From: Candidatus Velthaea sp.
Lineage (GTDB): Bacteria > Vulcanimicrobiota > Vulcanimicrobiia > Vulcanimicrobiales > Vulcanimicrobiaceae
Length of the DNA: 53,539 nt
Direction of reading: 5' to 3'
Assembly (NCBI GenBank): GCA_050012475.1
Contig: JBEKHC010000025.1
Location: 1-53,539, forward strand
The notes below the pieces were generated by a model. The model had not been told where the DNA came from, did not search any database, and was given only the letters and a program-made list of their open reading frames with translations. The position numbers were made by a program, and so were the translations under genes. Positions 30,049-39,937 of the stretch are shown piece by piece; within the stretch, counting starts at the first letter, position 1, and the number at the start of each line of letters is the position of its first letter.

Positions 30049-30379
30049 TGCGATGCCCCTCCGATAAAACCAATTCCTGACGTTCCCACTCGTCGGCGCG
30101 CTCAATCGCAGCCCGGCAAGGCGGATACGGTCTGCGGATCGAGGCGAAGGCGGCGAAGCTCGCCTTCACGCCCGTTTGCTGACCGGCGGGGCGCTTGGGC
30201 GCACAAGCGCCCTCCAGCGAGAGCCCGCTCTTTCACCGGGCAAACACACGACGGCATCCGCGCAGCCGGCGTTGTAAGGCCGGCGAGGCCTAACGACGCG
30301 GCGGGCCCGCGCGAACGAACGTGTCGAAGCCGCGAGTCATGGACAGATTGCGTAGGCGGTTCTGACCCGGCTCGAACCG

Positions 30380-31357
30380 GTGACAGCGCACGGCAACGGC
30401 ATCGTGCAGCTGCGCCTCCCGATGACCGGCAATCCGCTGCGCTACATCAACGGCTATCTGGTCGAAGACGACGACGGCTTGACACTCATCGACGCCGGCT
30501 GGAAGGCCGACGACGTGCTCGACGCGCTGCACGCGGGGCTGCACGCGGCCGGCCATACGCTCGCGGACGTTCGGCGTCTGCTCATCACGCATTGCCACTT
30601 CGACCACTACGGGCTGGCCGGAACGCTGCGGCGCGCTGGGATCGGCGAACTCGTGATGCACGAGCGCGATTGGGATCTGGCCCGCCGTCACCTCCGCGAT
30701 CCGGCGGCGATCGACGCGGCAGCCGACGAATGGATTGCGCGCAACGGATTGCGGGTCGACGTTTCGCTCGACGAAGAGCTGATGCACAATCGAACCGAGC
30801 TGTGCGCGCCGAACCGTGCGCTGACGGGCGGCGAGCGCATCGGCCGCTTGCGGGCGCTTTGGACACCGGGGCATACCCCCGGGCACCTGTGTTTCGTCGA
30901 CGAGCGGACCGGAGCGATGTTCACCGGCGATCACATCCTCGACCCCGTCACCCCGCACATCGGCGTCTGGCGGCCCGGAAACCTCAATCCGCTGGGCGAC
31001 TACATCGCGTCGCTGCAGCTCGTCGCCGCAGAAGGCGCAACGATCGTGTTTCCGGCCCACGGCGAGCCGTTCGCGAGCCTCGCCCGACGGGTTCACGAGC
31101 TGCTCGCTCACGAAGCGCACCGCGAACGCTTGATCGCGGCTGCTTTCGGCGGAAGAACGCGCAACGCGGCAGAGATCGCGCGCGAGCTGCCCTGGACGCG
31201 GCGCGAACGGTCCTTCGCCGACCTGAGCCCGGCGCATCAGCAGTTCGCGGTCGCCGAGACACTGGCGCATCTCGAACATTTGCGCCGGCGCAACGCCGTC
31301 GAGTCGACCGAGCGCAACGGTTCGATCGTGTACGCGCGCACGCCGGCGGGGCACTGA
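30380..31357 (+). CDS. MBL-fold metallo-hydrolase
   Basis: THCHFDH, TPGHTPGH, FTGDH, PAHG. Confidence 0.92.
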   Translation: MTAHGNGIVQLRLPMTGNPLRYINGYLVEDDDGLTLIDAGWKADDVLDALHAGLHAAGHTLADVRRLLITHCHFDHYGLAGTLRRAGIGELVMHERDWDLARRHLRDPAAIDAAADEWIARNGLRVDVSLDEELMHNRTELCAPNRALTGGERIGRLRALWTPGHTPGHLCFVDERTGAMFTGDHILDPVTPHIGVWRPGNLNPLGDYIASLQLVAAEGATIVFPAHGEPFASLARRVHELLAHEAHRERLIAAAFGGRTRNAAEIARELPWTRRERSFADLSPAHQQFAVAETLAHLEHLRRRNAVESTERNGSIVYARTPAGH

Positions 31358-32496
31358 CCATTCGTCCGCAACGGCTGGCCATTTCTGCGATTTTCCTCAC
31401 CAACGGCATCGGCATCGGCACGTGGGCGGCGTTCATCCCGATCATCAAAGAACGTCTGGAACTCAACGACGCGCTGCTGGCGGTCGTGCTGTTCTGCGCC
31501 GCCGTCGGCGCGATCGTCGCGATGCCGCTCTCGGGCGGCTGGTGCGACCGCTACGGCAGCCGGCGCGTCACGGCACTGAGCGGGACGCTCTTCGGGGCAG
31601 CCCTGACCGGTGCAACGGCCGCGGGAGCATTCGGCCTCGTCGTTCCCGCGGCGCTGGCGATGGGCGCCGGGAACGGCGCGATGGATGTGGCGATGAACGT
31701 CAACGGCGTTTCGCTGCAGGCGCGCGTCGGGCGGCCGATCATGTCGTCGCTGCACGCTCTCTTCAGCGTGGGAACGTTCGTCGCGGCGGCGATCATGGCA
31801 CGCGTCGTCGCGCTGCGCGTGCCGCACGTTGCGGCGAGCGCGGCGTTCGGACTGCTGCTCGTCGCGGCTTCGTTGGCGCTGCGGCCGCTGCTCATCGCCG
31901 ACTCGCCGCAGCGTTCGCCCGTCGCTTCGCAGCGGCCGCGCCGCATTTCACGCCGGCTGGTGCTTTTGGGTGTCGCGGCAATCTGCGGCGCGGTGGCCGA
32001 AGGCTCGCTCGTCGAGTGGAGCGCCGTGTACATGCGCGAATCCCTCCATGTCGGGATCTCGGCGGCGCTGGGCGGCTTCGCAGCGTACGCGGTGGCGATG
32101 TCGGTGTCGCGCTTTTGCGGGGATTGGATCGTGCACCGGATCGGTCCGGTGGCGCTGGTGCGCGCGAGCGGATTGCTCGGCGCCGCGGGTTTAGCGGTTG
32201 CCCTCATCCTGCACACGTACCAAACGGCGGCGCTCGGTTTCTTCATCGCCGGGTTGGGCCTGGGCAACGTCTCGCCCCTGGTGTACGGCGCCGGCGGACA
32301 GGACGCCCACGCCGGCGCCGGCGCCGGGGTGGCGGTCGTCACGACGATGGGCTACAGCGGGTTTCTGATCGGCCCCGCACTCATCGGCTTCACTGCCCAA
32401 CGCGCGTCGATCGACGTGGCCTTCATCTTCATCGCCGCCTTCGCCGCCGGCATCGCGCTGCTGGCGCCGGCGGTGCGTTCCGCGCCCGCGCGTTAA
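31354..32496 (+). CDS. MFS transporter (YbjJ-like)
   Basis: About 12 TM; GAMDVAMNV.G, IMSSLHALFSVG, AEG...WS..Y, GYSGFLIGP. Start appears to be a non-canonical CTG. Confidence 0.88.
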   Translation: MTIRPQRLAISAIFLTNGIGIGTWAAFIPIIKERLELNDALLAVVLFCAAVGAIVAMPLSGGWCDRYGSRRVTALSGTLFGAALTGATAAGAFGLVVPAALAMGAGNGAMDVAMNVNGVSLQARVGRPIMSSLHALFSVGTFVAAAIMARVVALRVPHVAASAAFGLLLVAASLALRPLLIADSPQRSPVASQRPRRISRRLVLLGVAAICGAVAEGSLVEWSAVYMRESLHVGISAALGGFAAYAVAMSVSRFCGDWIVHRIGPVALVRASGLLGAAGLAVALILHTYQTAALGFFIAGLGLGNVSPLVYGAGGQDAHAGAGAGVAVVTTMGYSGFLIGPALIGFTAQRASIDVAFIFIAAFAAGIALLAPAVRSAPAR

Positions 32497-33149
32497 GCGG
32501 GAACGGCGAACGCCACGATCTCGTTGCGCTCGCGGTGATTCGTCCAGAAGCGTTCGCCGTCGAACGCCAGCGAGCGCGCCGCGAACCCGATCCGCGCCAG
32601 ATCGGTAAAGACCGGCGCCGGACCGCGCGCGTCGACCCGGGTAAGCCAATAATCGTCGGTGTTCTCATCGTCGGTGGTCACCAGAAAGAAGCGGCCCTCG
32701 ACGATCACGCAGCCGCAGATCTCGTGCGGCACGGCGATGGTGGTACCGACGTTGCCCGACTCGTCGAGGCTCACGATTTGCTTGCGGTACCATTGCGTTA
32801 CGTACAAGCGTTCACCGTCGAATCCCAAATACGAGCCGGTATCATCCGGACAGGCGAACTTGCCGCGCGACGTCCAGCCGCGGCCCGGAATGAAGCGCCG
32901 CACGAAGCGGTTGTCGTCGGGCGCTTCGCCGCAGATCGCGCGCAGTTCGTCGCCCGCCACGGTGAGGCCCCAGGGCGTCCCGGGCGCTTCGCCTTCGTCG
33001 CGCGCGCTCCAGCGGCGCGGGTCGATGGCATACATGCGGCGCGTTTCCCGCGAGCCCATCCACAGCGATTGGCCGTCGAACGCCAACGACTGCGGCAGCG
33101 GAGCAGGGGAAGGAAGCCGCTGCAGTTCCGTGATGTCGGGCAAAGTCAT
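32493..33149 (-). CDS. Hypothetical beta-propeller-like protein
   Basis: Repeated LAFDG..LW / LGFDGERLY / LAFDGERFW blades. Confidence 0.75.
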   Translation of the reverse strand: MTLPDITELQRLPSPAPLPQSLAFDGQSLWMGSRETRRMYAIDPRRWSARDEGEAPGTPWGLTVAGDELRAICGEAPDDNRFVRRFIPGRGWTSRGKFACPDDTGSYLGFDGERLYVTQWYRKQIVSLDESGNVGTTIAVPHEICGCVIVEGRFFLVTTDDENTDDYWLTRVDARGPAPVFTDLARIGFAARSLAFDGERFWTNHRERNEIVAFAVPA

Positions 33150-33235
33150 CCTCGCGACTTCGGCGTACACTCGGCGTTCCTTTGGCCGCCAAACGTCAAC
33201 GCGGCTTGCGACCCAGCCCCAAACGCCACCGCGGC

Positions 33236-35161
33236 TTAAATTGCGACTTCGATGCCCAATTCGACCCGCCGCTCCGGGCGAATCTCGAGGTCGTCGGGCA
33301 GCGGCCGGGCGTTGCGCGCCAAAAACGAAAAATACTCGCGCTGCCAGCCTGGCAGCTGGCGTTCGTGCGACGCCACCATCTTGGGATCGGCGTAAAAGAA
33401 CGACGTGTCGTCGGAGTCCAGCTTGAGGCCCTTGGCGCCGCACGCGTTCGTCACCGCCGAAATCAAGGGCCCCTCCATGTAGCCGAAGCTTGCGCCGACG
33501 ATCGCAAGCCGTTCGTTGATCCGCTCGATGTGTACGCGCTCGGATTGCGGAACGTACGGGCGAGCGGCGCGCGTAAGCGTGAGCAGCACCACTTGCTCCT
33601 CGTCGGCGCGCGCTCGAATCCAGCGGTGTTTCCCGCCGATGAACGGCACCCCGTGCGGATTGCCGGTCAGAAACACCATCGTACCCTTGGGGTGATCGCC
33701 CGACGGCTTGGCCTCGCGCAAATACTGCTCGAGCGGCATCTGCAATTCGAGCAGACTCTTGGCCACGCAGCGCCGGCCTTCGAGCCACGTCCACGACGTG
33801 ATCACGAAAAACGCGCTGATCGCCAGCGGCAGCCACGCGCCTTCGGCGAGTTTGGGGAGCGCCGAGAAAAAGAAGGTCGAGTCGACGAGCACGAAGAGGG
33901 TGACGAGCGCGTACACGAGCAGCCGGTTCCAGTGCAGCACCCGCGTAACGACGATATAGAACGCGATCGACGTCGCGAGCATCGTGGCCGAAACCGCCAA
34001 ACCGTACGCCGCCGCAAGGTGGTCGCTGCTGCGAAACGTCAGCACGAGCGCGATACACGCGATCGCCAGGATGGTGTTGACCAGCGGGACGTAGACCTGT
34101 CCGGCTTGTTCGGACGACGTGTGAATGATGCGCAACCGCGGCCACAAATTGAGATTGACCGCTTGTTCGGTAAGGGTGAACGCACCGGAGATGAGCGCTT
34201 GCGAAGCGATGACGGTCGCGACGGTCGCCAGCACCACCATCGGGATCAGCCACGGACCGGGCGTGAGTGAGAAAAATGGATTGTCGAAGGCGGCGCGGTT
34301 GGTGAGCAACACCGCGCCCTGACCCAGATAATTGCAAATCAACGCCGGAAAAACCAAGACGAACCAGGCCGCGGCGATCGGGCGCCGGCCAAAGTGCGAC
34401 ATGTCGGCGTAGAGCGCCTCCACGCCAGTGATCGCCAGCACGACGGCACCGAACACCAAAAAACCAAATGCGCCGTGATGGGTCACGAAGTGGATCGCGT
34501 GCCGCGGATCGATCGCCCACAACACTTGCGGCGCACGCACGATCGCGAGCGCGCCGGCGGCCGCGATCGCAACGAACCACACGACCATCACCGGACCGAA
34601 AAGCTTGCCGACGCGCTCGGTGCCGCGCGACTGAATGAGAAAGAGCGCGGCAAGAATTGCGACCGAGATCGGCACGATGTACGGCTGAGCGGCCTCGGTC
34701 GACACTCCGATCCCTTCGACCGCCGAAATGACCGAAATCGCTGGGGTAATCATACCGTCGCCGAAGAGCATCGACGCGCCGGCGATCACGACGAGCGTGA
34801 GCCATTCCACTTTGATCGGCAGGCCAAAGGCCTTCGCCGGCGACGCCAACGCGAGCAGCGCCAAGATTCCGCCTTCGCCTTCGTGATCGACCCGCATGAG
34901 CGTGCCCACGTACTTGATACATACGACGAGCACGAGCGCCCACAACAGGAGCGAGACGATCCCCAACACGCTTTCGAGCGTCGGTTGGACCTTGGCCGTC
35001 GTGAAGCAGGTTTTGAGCGTGTAGAGCGGGCTGGTTCCGATATCGCCGAACACGACGCCCAACGCCGCCAACGCCAAGGCCGGGCGCAAGCCTTGGGCGC
35101 GCTGCGCCTCGATCTTCGATGCCGGCTTCGACGGAACGTGGACGTCGGCGGAGATACTCAC
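33236..35161 (-). CDS. kup: KUP/HAK/KT potassium transporter
   Basis: LGVVFGDIGTSPLY, GEGGILAL, GDGMITPAISV, GVEALYADMSHFG, IASQALISGAF. Confidence 0.96.
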   Translation of the reverse strand: MSISADVHVPSKPASKIEAQRAQGLRPALALAALGVVFGDIGTSPLYTLKTCFTTAKVQPTLESVLGIVSLLLWALVLVVCIKYVGTLMRVDHEGEGGILALLALASPAKAFGLPIKVEWLTLVVIAGASMLFGDGMITPAISVISAVEGIGVSTEAAQPYIVPISVAILAALFLIQSRGTERVGKLFGPVMVVWFVAIAAAGALAIVRAPQVLWAIDPRHAIHFVTHHGAFGFLVFGAVVLAITGVEALYADMSHFGRRPIAAAWFVLVFPALICNYLGQGAVLLTNRAAFDNPFFSLTPGPWLIPMVVLATVATVIASQALISGAFTLTEQAVNLNLWPRLRIIHTSSEQAGQVYVPLVNTILAIACIALVLTFRSSDHLAAAYGLAVSATMLATSIAFYIVVTRVLHWNRLLVYALVTLFVLVDSTFFFSALPKLAEGAWLPLAISAFFVITSWTWLEGRRCVAKSLLELQMPLEQYLREAKPSGDHPKGTMVFLTGNPHGVPFIGGKHRWIRARADEEQVVLLTLTRAARPYVPQSERVHIERINERLAIVGASFGYMEGPLISAVTNACGAKGLKLDSDDTSFFYADPKMVASHERQLPGWQREYFSFLARNARPLPDDLEIRPERRVELGIEVAI

Positions 35162-35181
35162 GCGGCCTTCTCCCCGCGAGG

Positions 35182-35829
35182 TTACAGCGACGGGCTCGGC
35201 GACGGTGCGGCTGCGGCCGGAGCGGTGGGCATCTCCGACGGCGGGCTGCCGGCGGGCGATTCGCCGGCAGCGGGAGTCGGCTGGGCGCCCGGCGCCGGCG
35301 AGATCAGCAGCGGCGCCTCTGGGACGAGCGGCGGGAACCCGGCGGCCAAACGCGAGCGGCTCATGTGGCCTTGCTTGGTATCGGGGTAATAGAGCACGAC
35401 CTCTTTGAGCATCGCGGTCGCATGCTTGCGCGCTTCCTGCGTTTGCACCGCCTGGTACAGCTGCTCGAGGTGAAAGTATGTCGGCGCGAGCCAAGGGTCG
35501 CTGGGGTATTTAATGCGCCAGCGCCGCAGTGCGTCTTCCGTGACGAGCGCCTTGCGCAACAGATCGCGATCGGTGATGGTCCGGTAGTGATATTGGCGGC
35601 CCAGGAAGCCGATCGTCGTACGAATTGAGATCGGGCTCATCCCCGCAGGCCCGAAATATTCGTCGGCAGGCGCGCTGTCGGCCAGCTTTTTTCCATGCTG
35701 GGTCAAAGCGGAAGCGCCCTTTGGAGCCGGCGTCGCCGCCGCCGCGGGCAGACCGCTCCGCAAGCCGATCCCGGCGCATACGAAGCTCGCGGCAAGGAGG
35801 AAAACGAGCAGCGATCGGCTTTGACGCAT
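35182..35829 (-). CDS. Secreted hypothetical protein with TPR-like helices
   Basis: Signal peptide, APADEYFG, KYP.DPWL, YPDT; Pro-rich tail. Confidence 0.75.
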   Translation of the reverse strand: MRQSRSLLVFLLAASFVCAGIGLRSGLPAAAATPAPKGASALTQHGKKLADSAPADEYFGPAGMSPISIRTTIGFLGRQYHYRTITDRDLLRKALVTEDALRRWRIKYPSDPWLAPTYFHLEQLYQAVQTQEARKHATAMLKEVVLYYPDTKQGHMSRSRLAAGFPPLVPEAPLLISPAPGAQPTPAAGESPAGSPPSEMPTAPAAAAPSPSPSL

Positions 35830-35918
35830 TGCACTACCGTACAGGGAGCGGTTCGTTTGGACAAGAGCTGCCGAACACGACGCGCAACCGATCGCGCTGC
35901 ACGCGCGTCGAAATCGAC

Positions 35919-37283
35919 ATGAAGATGCCGCCCGGACCGCGGGGCTGGAAAACGCTTGGCTTCCTCCGCCCGGAAGCGAACGGCATCATTGCGTTCTTGA
36001 CGGCGACCTCGCGGCGTTACGGTCCCATCGCCGGCTTTCGCGTCCTGGGCGCGCGGATCTACGTCATCGACGAGCCGCAACTCATCGAAGAGATTCTCGT
36101 GCGCCGCCAACACTGTTTCGCGCGCGACACCGGCGCCACGCTGCTGCGCGAACTCGTCGGCGACGGACTGGTGACGAGCGAAGAACCGCGTCATCGCGAG
36201 CGCCGGCGGATGCTGCAGCCCGCTTTTCATCGCGCGCAGATCGCAACCTATGCCGAGTGCATGGTCGCCGAAAGCGCGCGGCTCGCCGACGAATGGCCCG
36301 CCGGCGCGGAGATCGAGATCGCGACCGAGATGCGGCGCCTCACCTTGGCCGTCGTCGGCGCCGCGCTGTTCGGCACCGACATGCGCGGCCGTGCCGACGA
36401 CGTGGCCGCCGTGCTGCGGCGGGTCGTCAAAAAAGCTTCGCTGATCGCTCCGCTGCTGGCGTTGGGCGAACCGCTCATCGCGGCGTACCGCCGCCGCTTC
36501 CCGCATCGGCCGAGCCTGTTTTTCGCCGGCGAACGGCGCGAACTCGAAACGATCATCGCGCCGATCGTCGCGCAACGCCGCATTGCCGGCGGCCGCGACA
36601 TCGTCTCGCTGCTGCTGGCCGAACGCGACGACCGCGACGCGGCGCTCAGCGACGACGACGTGCGCAACGAGGTGGTGACGCTCGTGCTCGCGGGTCACGA
36701 GACGACCGCAACGGCCCTGACCTGGGCTTGGTATTTGTTGGCCACGCATCCCGCGGTGATGGGAAAGCTTCACGCGGAACTCGATGCGGTGCTGGGGGAC
36801 CGCGATCCGATACTCGACGATGTTGCGCGATTACCGTACACGTCGGCCGTGTTCAGCGAAACGCTGCGCCTGTATCCGCCGGCGCCCGCATTCGGGCGGC
36901 GGCCGATCGCCGACGTCGTGCTCGGCGGCTACACGATTCCGCGCGGCGCGAGCATCTTCTTGAGCCCCTACATCAGCGGCCGCAATCCGCGTTATTTCGC
37001 CGATCCCGACGCTTTCGTTCCCGAACGCTGGGCGGGAGCGGCCCCGCCGAAGTTCACGTATTTTCCCTTCGGCGGCGGCGCGAAAATGTGCATCGGCGAA
37101 CCGTTCAGCAAACTCGAGGGCGTTCTAGTCCTCGCCACGCTGGCGCGCCGGCTGCAGCTTGCTCTCATCGGCGACACGAACGTCGGCATCGCGTCCGGCG
37201 CGACGCTGCGCCCCGACCGTCCGATCCGCATGCATGTCAGGCCGCGAACGAAGCCGCAGCCCGTCAGGGTTCAGCTTCGCTGA
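35919..37283 (+). CDS. Cytochrome P450
   Basis: PPGP start, LAGHETTA, ETLRLYPP, F.PERW, heme motif FGGGAKMCIG. Confidence 0.96.
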   Translation: MKMPPGPRGWKTLGFLRPEANGIIAFLTATSRRYGPIAGFRVLGARIYVIDEPQLIEEILVRRQHCFARDTGATLLRELVGDGLVTSEEPRHRERRRMLQPAFHRAQIATYAECMVAESARLADEWPAGAEIEIATEMRRLTLAVVGAALFGTDMRGRADDVAAVLRRVVKKASLIAPLLALGEPLIAAYRRRFPHRPSLFFAGERRELETIIAPIVAQRRIAGGRDIVSLLLAERDDRDAALSDDDVRNEVVTLVLAGHETTATALTWAWYLLATHPAVMGKLHAELDAVLGDRDPILDDVARLPYTSAVFSETLRLYPPAPAFGRRPIADVVLGGYTIPRGASIFLSPYISGRNPRYFADPDAFVPERWAGAAPPKFTYFPFGGGAKMCIGEPFSKLEGVLVLATLARRLQLALIGDTNVGIASGATLRPDRPIRMHVRPRTKPQPVRVQLR

Positions 37284-37351
37284 ACCGGTGGCGTTCGGCG
37301 CTACGCGCCGGGCCGACGTGGCGTTCGGGGCGGTGCGCTGAGCCGAGCCGT

Positions 37352-37380
37352 TTGACTCCGGTCGCCAAACATGGGATACT
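37352..37380 (+). promoter_or_regulatory. Sigma70-like promoter of the DEAD-box helicase
   Basis: TTGACT-17 nt-GATACT with an extended -10 TG. Confidence 0.55.
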
Positions 37381-37489
37381 TGGCCGTCGGATTCCCGGGC
37401 TCCAGCCCGGTCGAACCGGCCTTCCTCCGCGCGATCTCTCGAAGAATGAGCGACCGATCCGCGCATTCTCGAAAGATCATGGTTTTTTC

Positions 37490-38743
37490 TTGACGTTCGA
37501 TTCACTCGATCTGCGCCCGGCTGTGCTGCGCGCCGTCCGCGACCTCGGCTTCACCGAGCCGACCCCCGTCCAGGCCGCGGCGATCCCGCCGGCGCTCGGC
37601 GGTCGCGACGTCCTCGCCAGCGCCGAGACCGGCAGCGGCAAATCGGCGGCCTTCGGCATTCCGCTCATCAGCGCGCTTGCCGACCGTCCGCGCGGCACGA
37701 CGCGTGCGCTGGTCCTCGCGCCGACGCGCGAACTGGCGATGCAGATCGCCGAACATCTGTCCGCGCTGGCGAAGCATACCAACGTTCGGGTCGCGGCCGT
37801 GTTCGGCGGCGTCGGGTTCGGCGGTCAGGTCGGAGCGTTCAAACGCGGCACGGAGATCATCGTCGCGACGCCGGGCCGGCTCCTCGATCATATCGGTCAA
37901 GGGAACGCCACCCTCAAGACGATCGAATATCTCGTGCTCGACGAGGCCGACCGGATGCTCGACATGGGCTTTCTGCCGGTCGTTCGCCGCATGCTCAAGA
38001 TGATTCCGGCCGAACGCCAAACGCTGTTCTTCTCGGCGACGATTCCGCCCGAAATCGCGGCGCTCACCAAAGAGATGCTGCGCGATCCGGTGCGGGTCGA
38101 ACTGCAAACCAAATCCGAACCGGCCAAAGGCATTACCCAAACGGTGTATACCGTCAATGGGCCCAGCAAGGGCGATTTGCTGCTCGAATTGCTCAAGGAC
38201 AACGCAATCTACAGCGCAATCGCGTTCACGCGCACCAAAGCGCGCGCCAATCGGCTGGCCGCACTGCTCGAACGCAACAACGTGAGCGCGGAGCGCATTC
38301 ACGGCGACCGTTCGCAGGCCCAGCGGACGCGTGCGCTCGCCGATTTCAAGCGCGGCAAATACCGCGTCCTGGTCGCGACCGACATCGCGGCCCGCGGTAT
38401 CGACATCCTCGAATTAGGCCACGTGGTCAACTACGATGTGCCGATGGTGCCCGACGACTACATCCACCGCATCGGCCGAACCGCGCGCGCTCAGGCAACC
38501 GGCGACGCCATCACCTTCGTGTCGCACGAAGAAGAGGGCTATTTCGCCCAAATCGAACGCAAGCTGGGCAAACGGATGGATCGCGCGAAAACCCCGGAGC
38601 TTCCGGCACCCAGTGGTCCGCCCGAACCGCCCGAGCGCCCGCGAGCCGCCGTCCACGGCCGCTCTGCGAAGCGTCCGTTCGGCGAAAAGCCGCGCCATTC
38701 CACGGTGAAAACACCATCCCGCAGCCCGTTCCGCGCGAACTAA
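37490..38743 (+). CDS. rhlE: DEAD-box RNA helicase, RhlE-like
   Basis: Q motif GFTEPTPVQ, AETGSGKS, PTRELA, TPGRLLD, LDEADRMLDMGF, SAT, YIHRIGRTAR. Confidence 0.92.
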   Translation: MTFDSLDLRPAVLRAVRDLGFTEPTPVQAAAIPPALGGRDVLASAETGSGKSAAFGIPLISALADRPRGTTRALVLAPTRELAMQIAEHLSALAKHTNVRVAAVFGGVGFGGQVGAFKRGTEIIVATPGRLLDHIGQGNATLKTIEYLVLDEADRMLDMGFLPVVRRMLKMIPAERQTLFFSATIPPEIAALTKEMLRDPVRVELQTKSEPAKGITQTVYTVNGPSKGDLLLELLKDNAIYSAIAFTRTKARANRLAALLERNNVSAERIHGDRSQAQRTRALADFKRGKYRVLVATDIAARGIDILELGHVVNYDVPMVPDDYIHRIGRTARAQATGDAITFVSHEEEGYFAQIERKLGKRMDRAKTPELPAPSGPPEPPERPRAAVHGRSAKRPFGEKPRHSTVKTPSRSPFRAN

Positions 38744-38779
38744 CGCGCGCGCGGAGCGGCATTCGTTTGCCGAAAGCCC

Positions 38780-39079
38780 CTAATGATCGTCGGGTTGGCG
38801 GCGGCCGTCGCTGATTGCGAGATTCATCGCCGTCACGAGAAACGCCGCGAACGCAAGCCCGAAGACCGCGCTGCCGAAGACGGCATAGGCGGGGACCGGG
38901 CGCACGTTGCCGACCGCGAGAATGCCGGCCATGATGAGGCCGCCGAGCACCAAGGTCGCGCAAACCGAAACGAACATCCGCGGGACGGCCGGTGTGACGT
39001 TGTCGCCGCCTTCGTTTACGCTGGTAATTGCGCGGCTTGCTTCCGGCGTAATTCGCCGGGCGCGCTGCACCGTATTCAT
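38780..39079 (-). CDS. Small 2-TM membrane protein
   Basis: AAGGA SD before MNTVQ; two hydrophobic helices. Confidence 0.65.
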   Translation of the reverse strand: MNTVQRARRITPEASRAITSVNEGGDNVTPAVPRMFVSVCATLVLGGLIMAGILAVGNVRPVPAYAVFGSAVFGLAFAAFLVTAMNLAISDGRRQPDDH

Positions 39080-39144
39080 AGGTTCCTTTTGCATTCGACT
39101 CCGACACCGGACGGCGCAGGCAACGCCCGGCGAGATGCAACTTC

Positions 39145-39184
39145 AAAAAACACGCAGCCCGCTCCCCCAAAGGAAGCGGGCTGC
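39145..39184 (-). terminator. Rho-independent terminator
   Basis: Minus strand gcagcccgct...agcgggctgc followed by gtgtttttt, just after the stop at 39210. Confidence 0.75.
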
Positions 39185-39209
39185 ACCATTGCAAACGCGG
39201 CTTGCGTCG

Positions 39210-39764
39210 TTAGCCCGATTGCCGCCGGGCCGACGTCACCTGCACCGTCACCGCGGACTGCTGCGGGATGGTGACGTTTTCTTTGCTGTTCTTGGCCAAG
39301 ATATAGCCGCCGCCCGCGCCAAGCAGTCCGCCGACGTTGGTGTGCACCATCTTGCCCAGGATGTTGCCGACGATCATGCCGGCCACGGCGCCGCCGACTT
39401 CTTTGAGCGTATTGTTCTTCGTGTTCGCCTGGACATTTTGCGCGCGTCCGGAAATCGCGTAGGAGTTGCCCGAACGCGTGTGCAGTTTGTCGAAAGCGAG
39501 TTCGATTTTTGCCGTCCGTCCCTGGCCCGCCCGCTGGACGTCCGAAACGTGGCCGTAAATGGTGGCGCCGTTGATGTCGTTGTCTTGCGTGTGGACGCCG
39601 CTCATCGTAAAGCGCTGTCCGACCTGAACGGATTTCGAATCGAGCGATTGATCGAGGTTGCCGACCAGAACCGTGCCCGATGAGATTTGCGTAGTCGCGG
39701 CGAGCGCGGAGATCGGAGCAAGTCCGATGAAAGCGGCTGCGATTGCAGCCAAGAAAGTGCGCAC
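39210..39764 (-). CDS. Secreted protein with glycine-zipper motif
   Basis: GGAGG SD, signal peptide, GGAVAGMIVGNILG..GGLLGAGGG. Confidence 0.8.
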   Translation of the reverse strand: MRTFLAAIAAAFIGLAPISALAATTQISSGTVLVGNLDQSLDSKSVQVGQRFTMSGVHTQDNDINGATIYGHVSDVQRAGQGRTAKIELAFDKLHTRSGNSYAISGRAQNVQANTKNNTLKEVGGAVAGMIVGNILGKMVHTNVGGLLGAGGGYILAKNSKENVTIPQQSAVTVQVTSARRQSG

Positions 39765-39937
39765 GAGTATGAAAGCCTCCGGTGATTGCGGACGATACCG
39801 GACGAACGCGCCGGCCCCTCGTCCAAGCAGTAGCAAGATTACCGACGTTGTGCTTGTACGCCGCCTATCGAGCGGCCTGGGCCGGGAATACCGAGGCCGG
39901 GCGAGATTCCGAGCGTTCAAGCAAAGCAGGCCGGTTC

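Noticed and set aside
29641..32496. Apparent 951-aa fusion ORF (likewise 36257-38743 and 32493-34943)
   Set aside because: Only the distal part is protein-like; the upstream part is an off-frame overlap with other real genes.
35919..37283. P450 as part of a RiPP or other biosynthetic cluster
   Set aside because: No convincing precursor ORF or tailoring genes adjacent.
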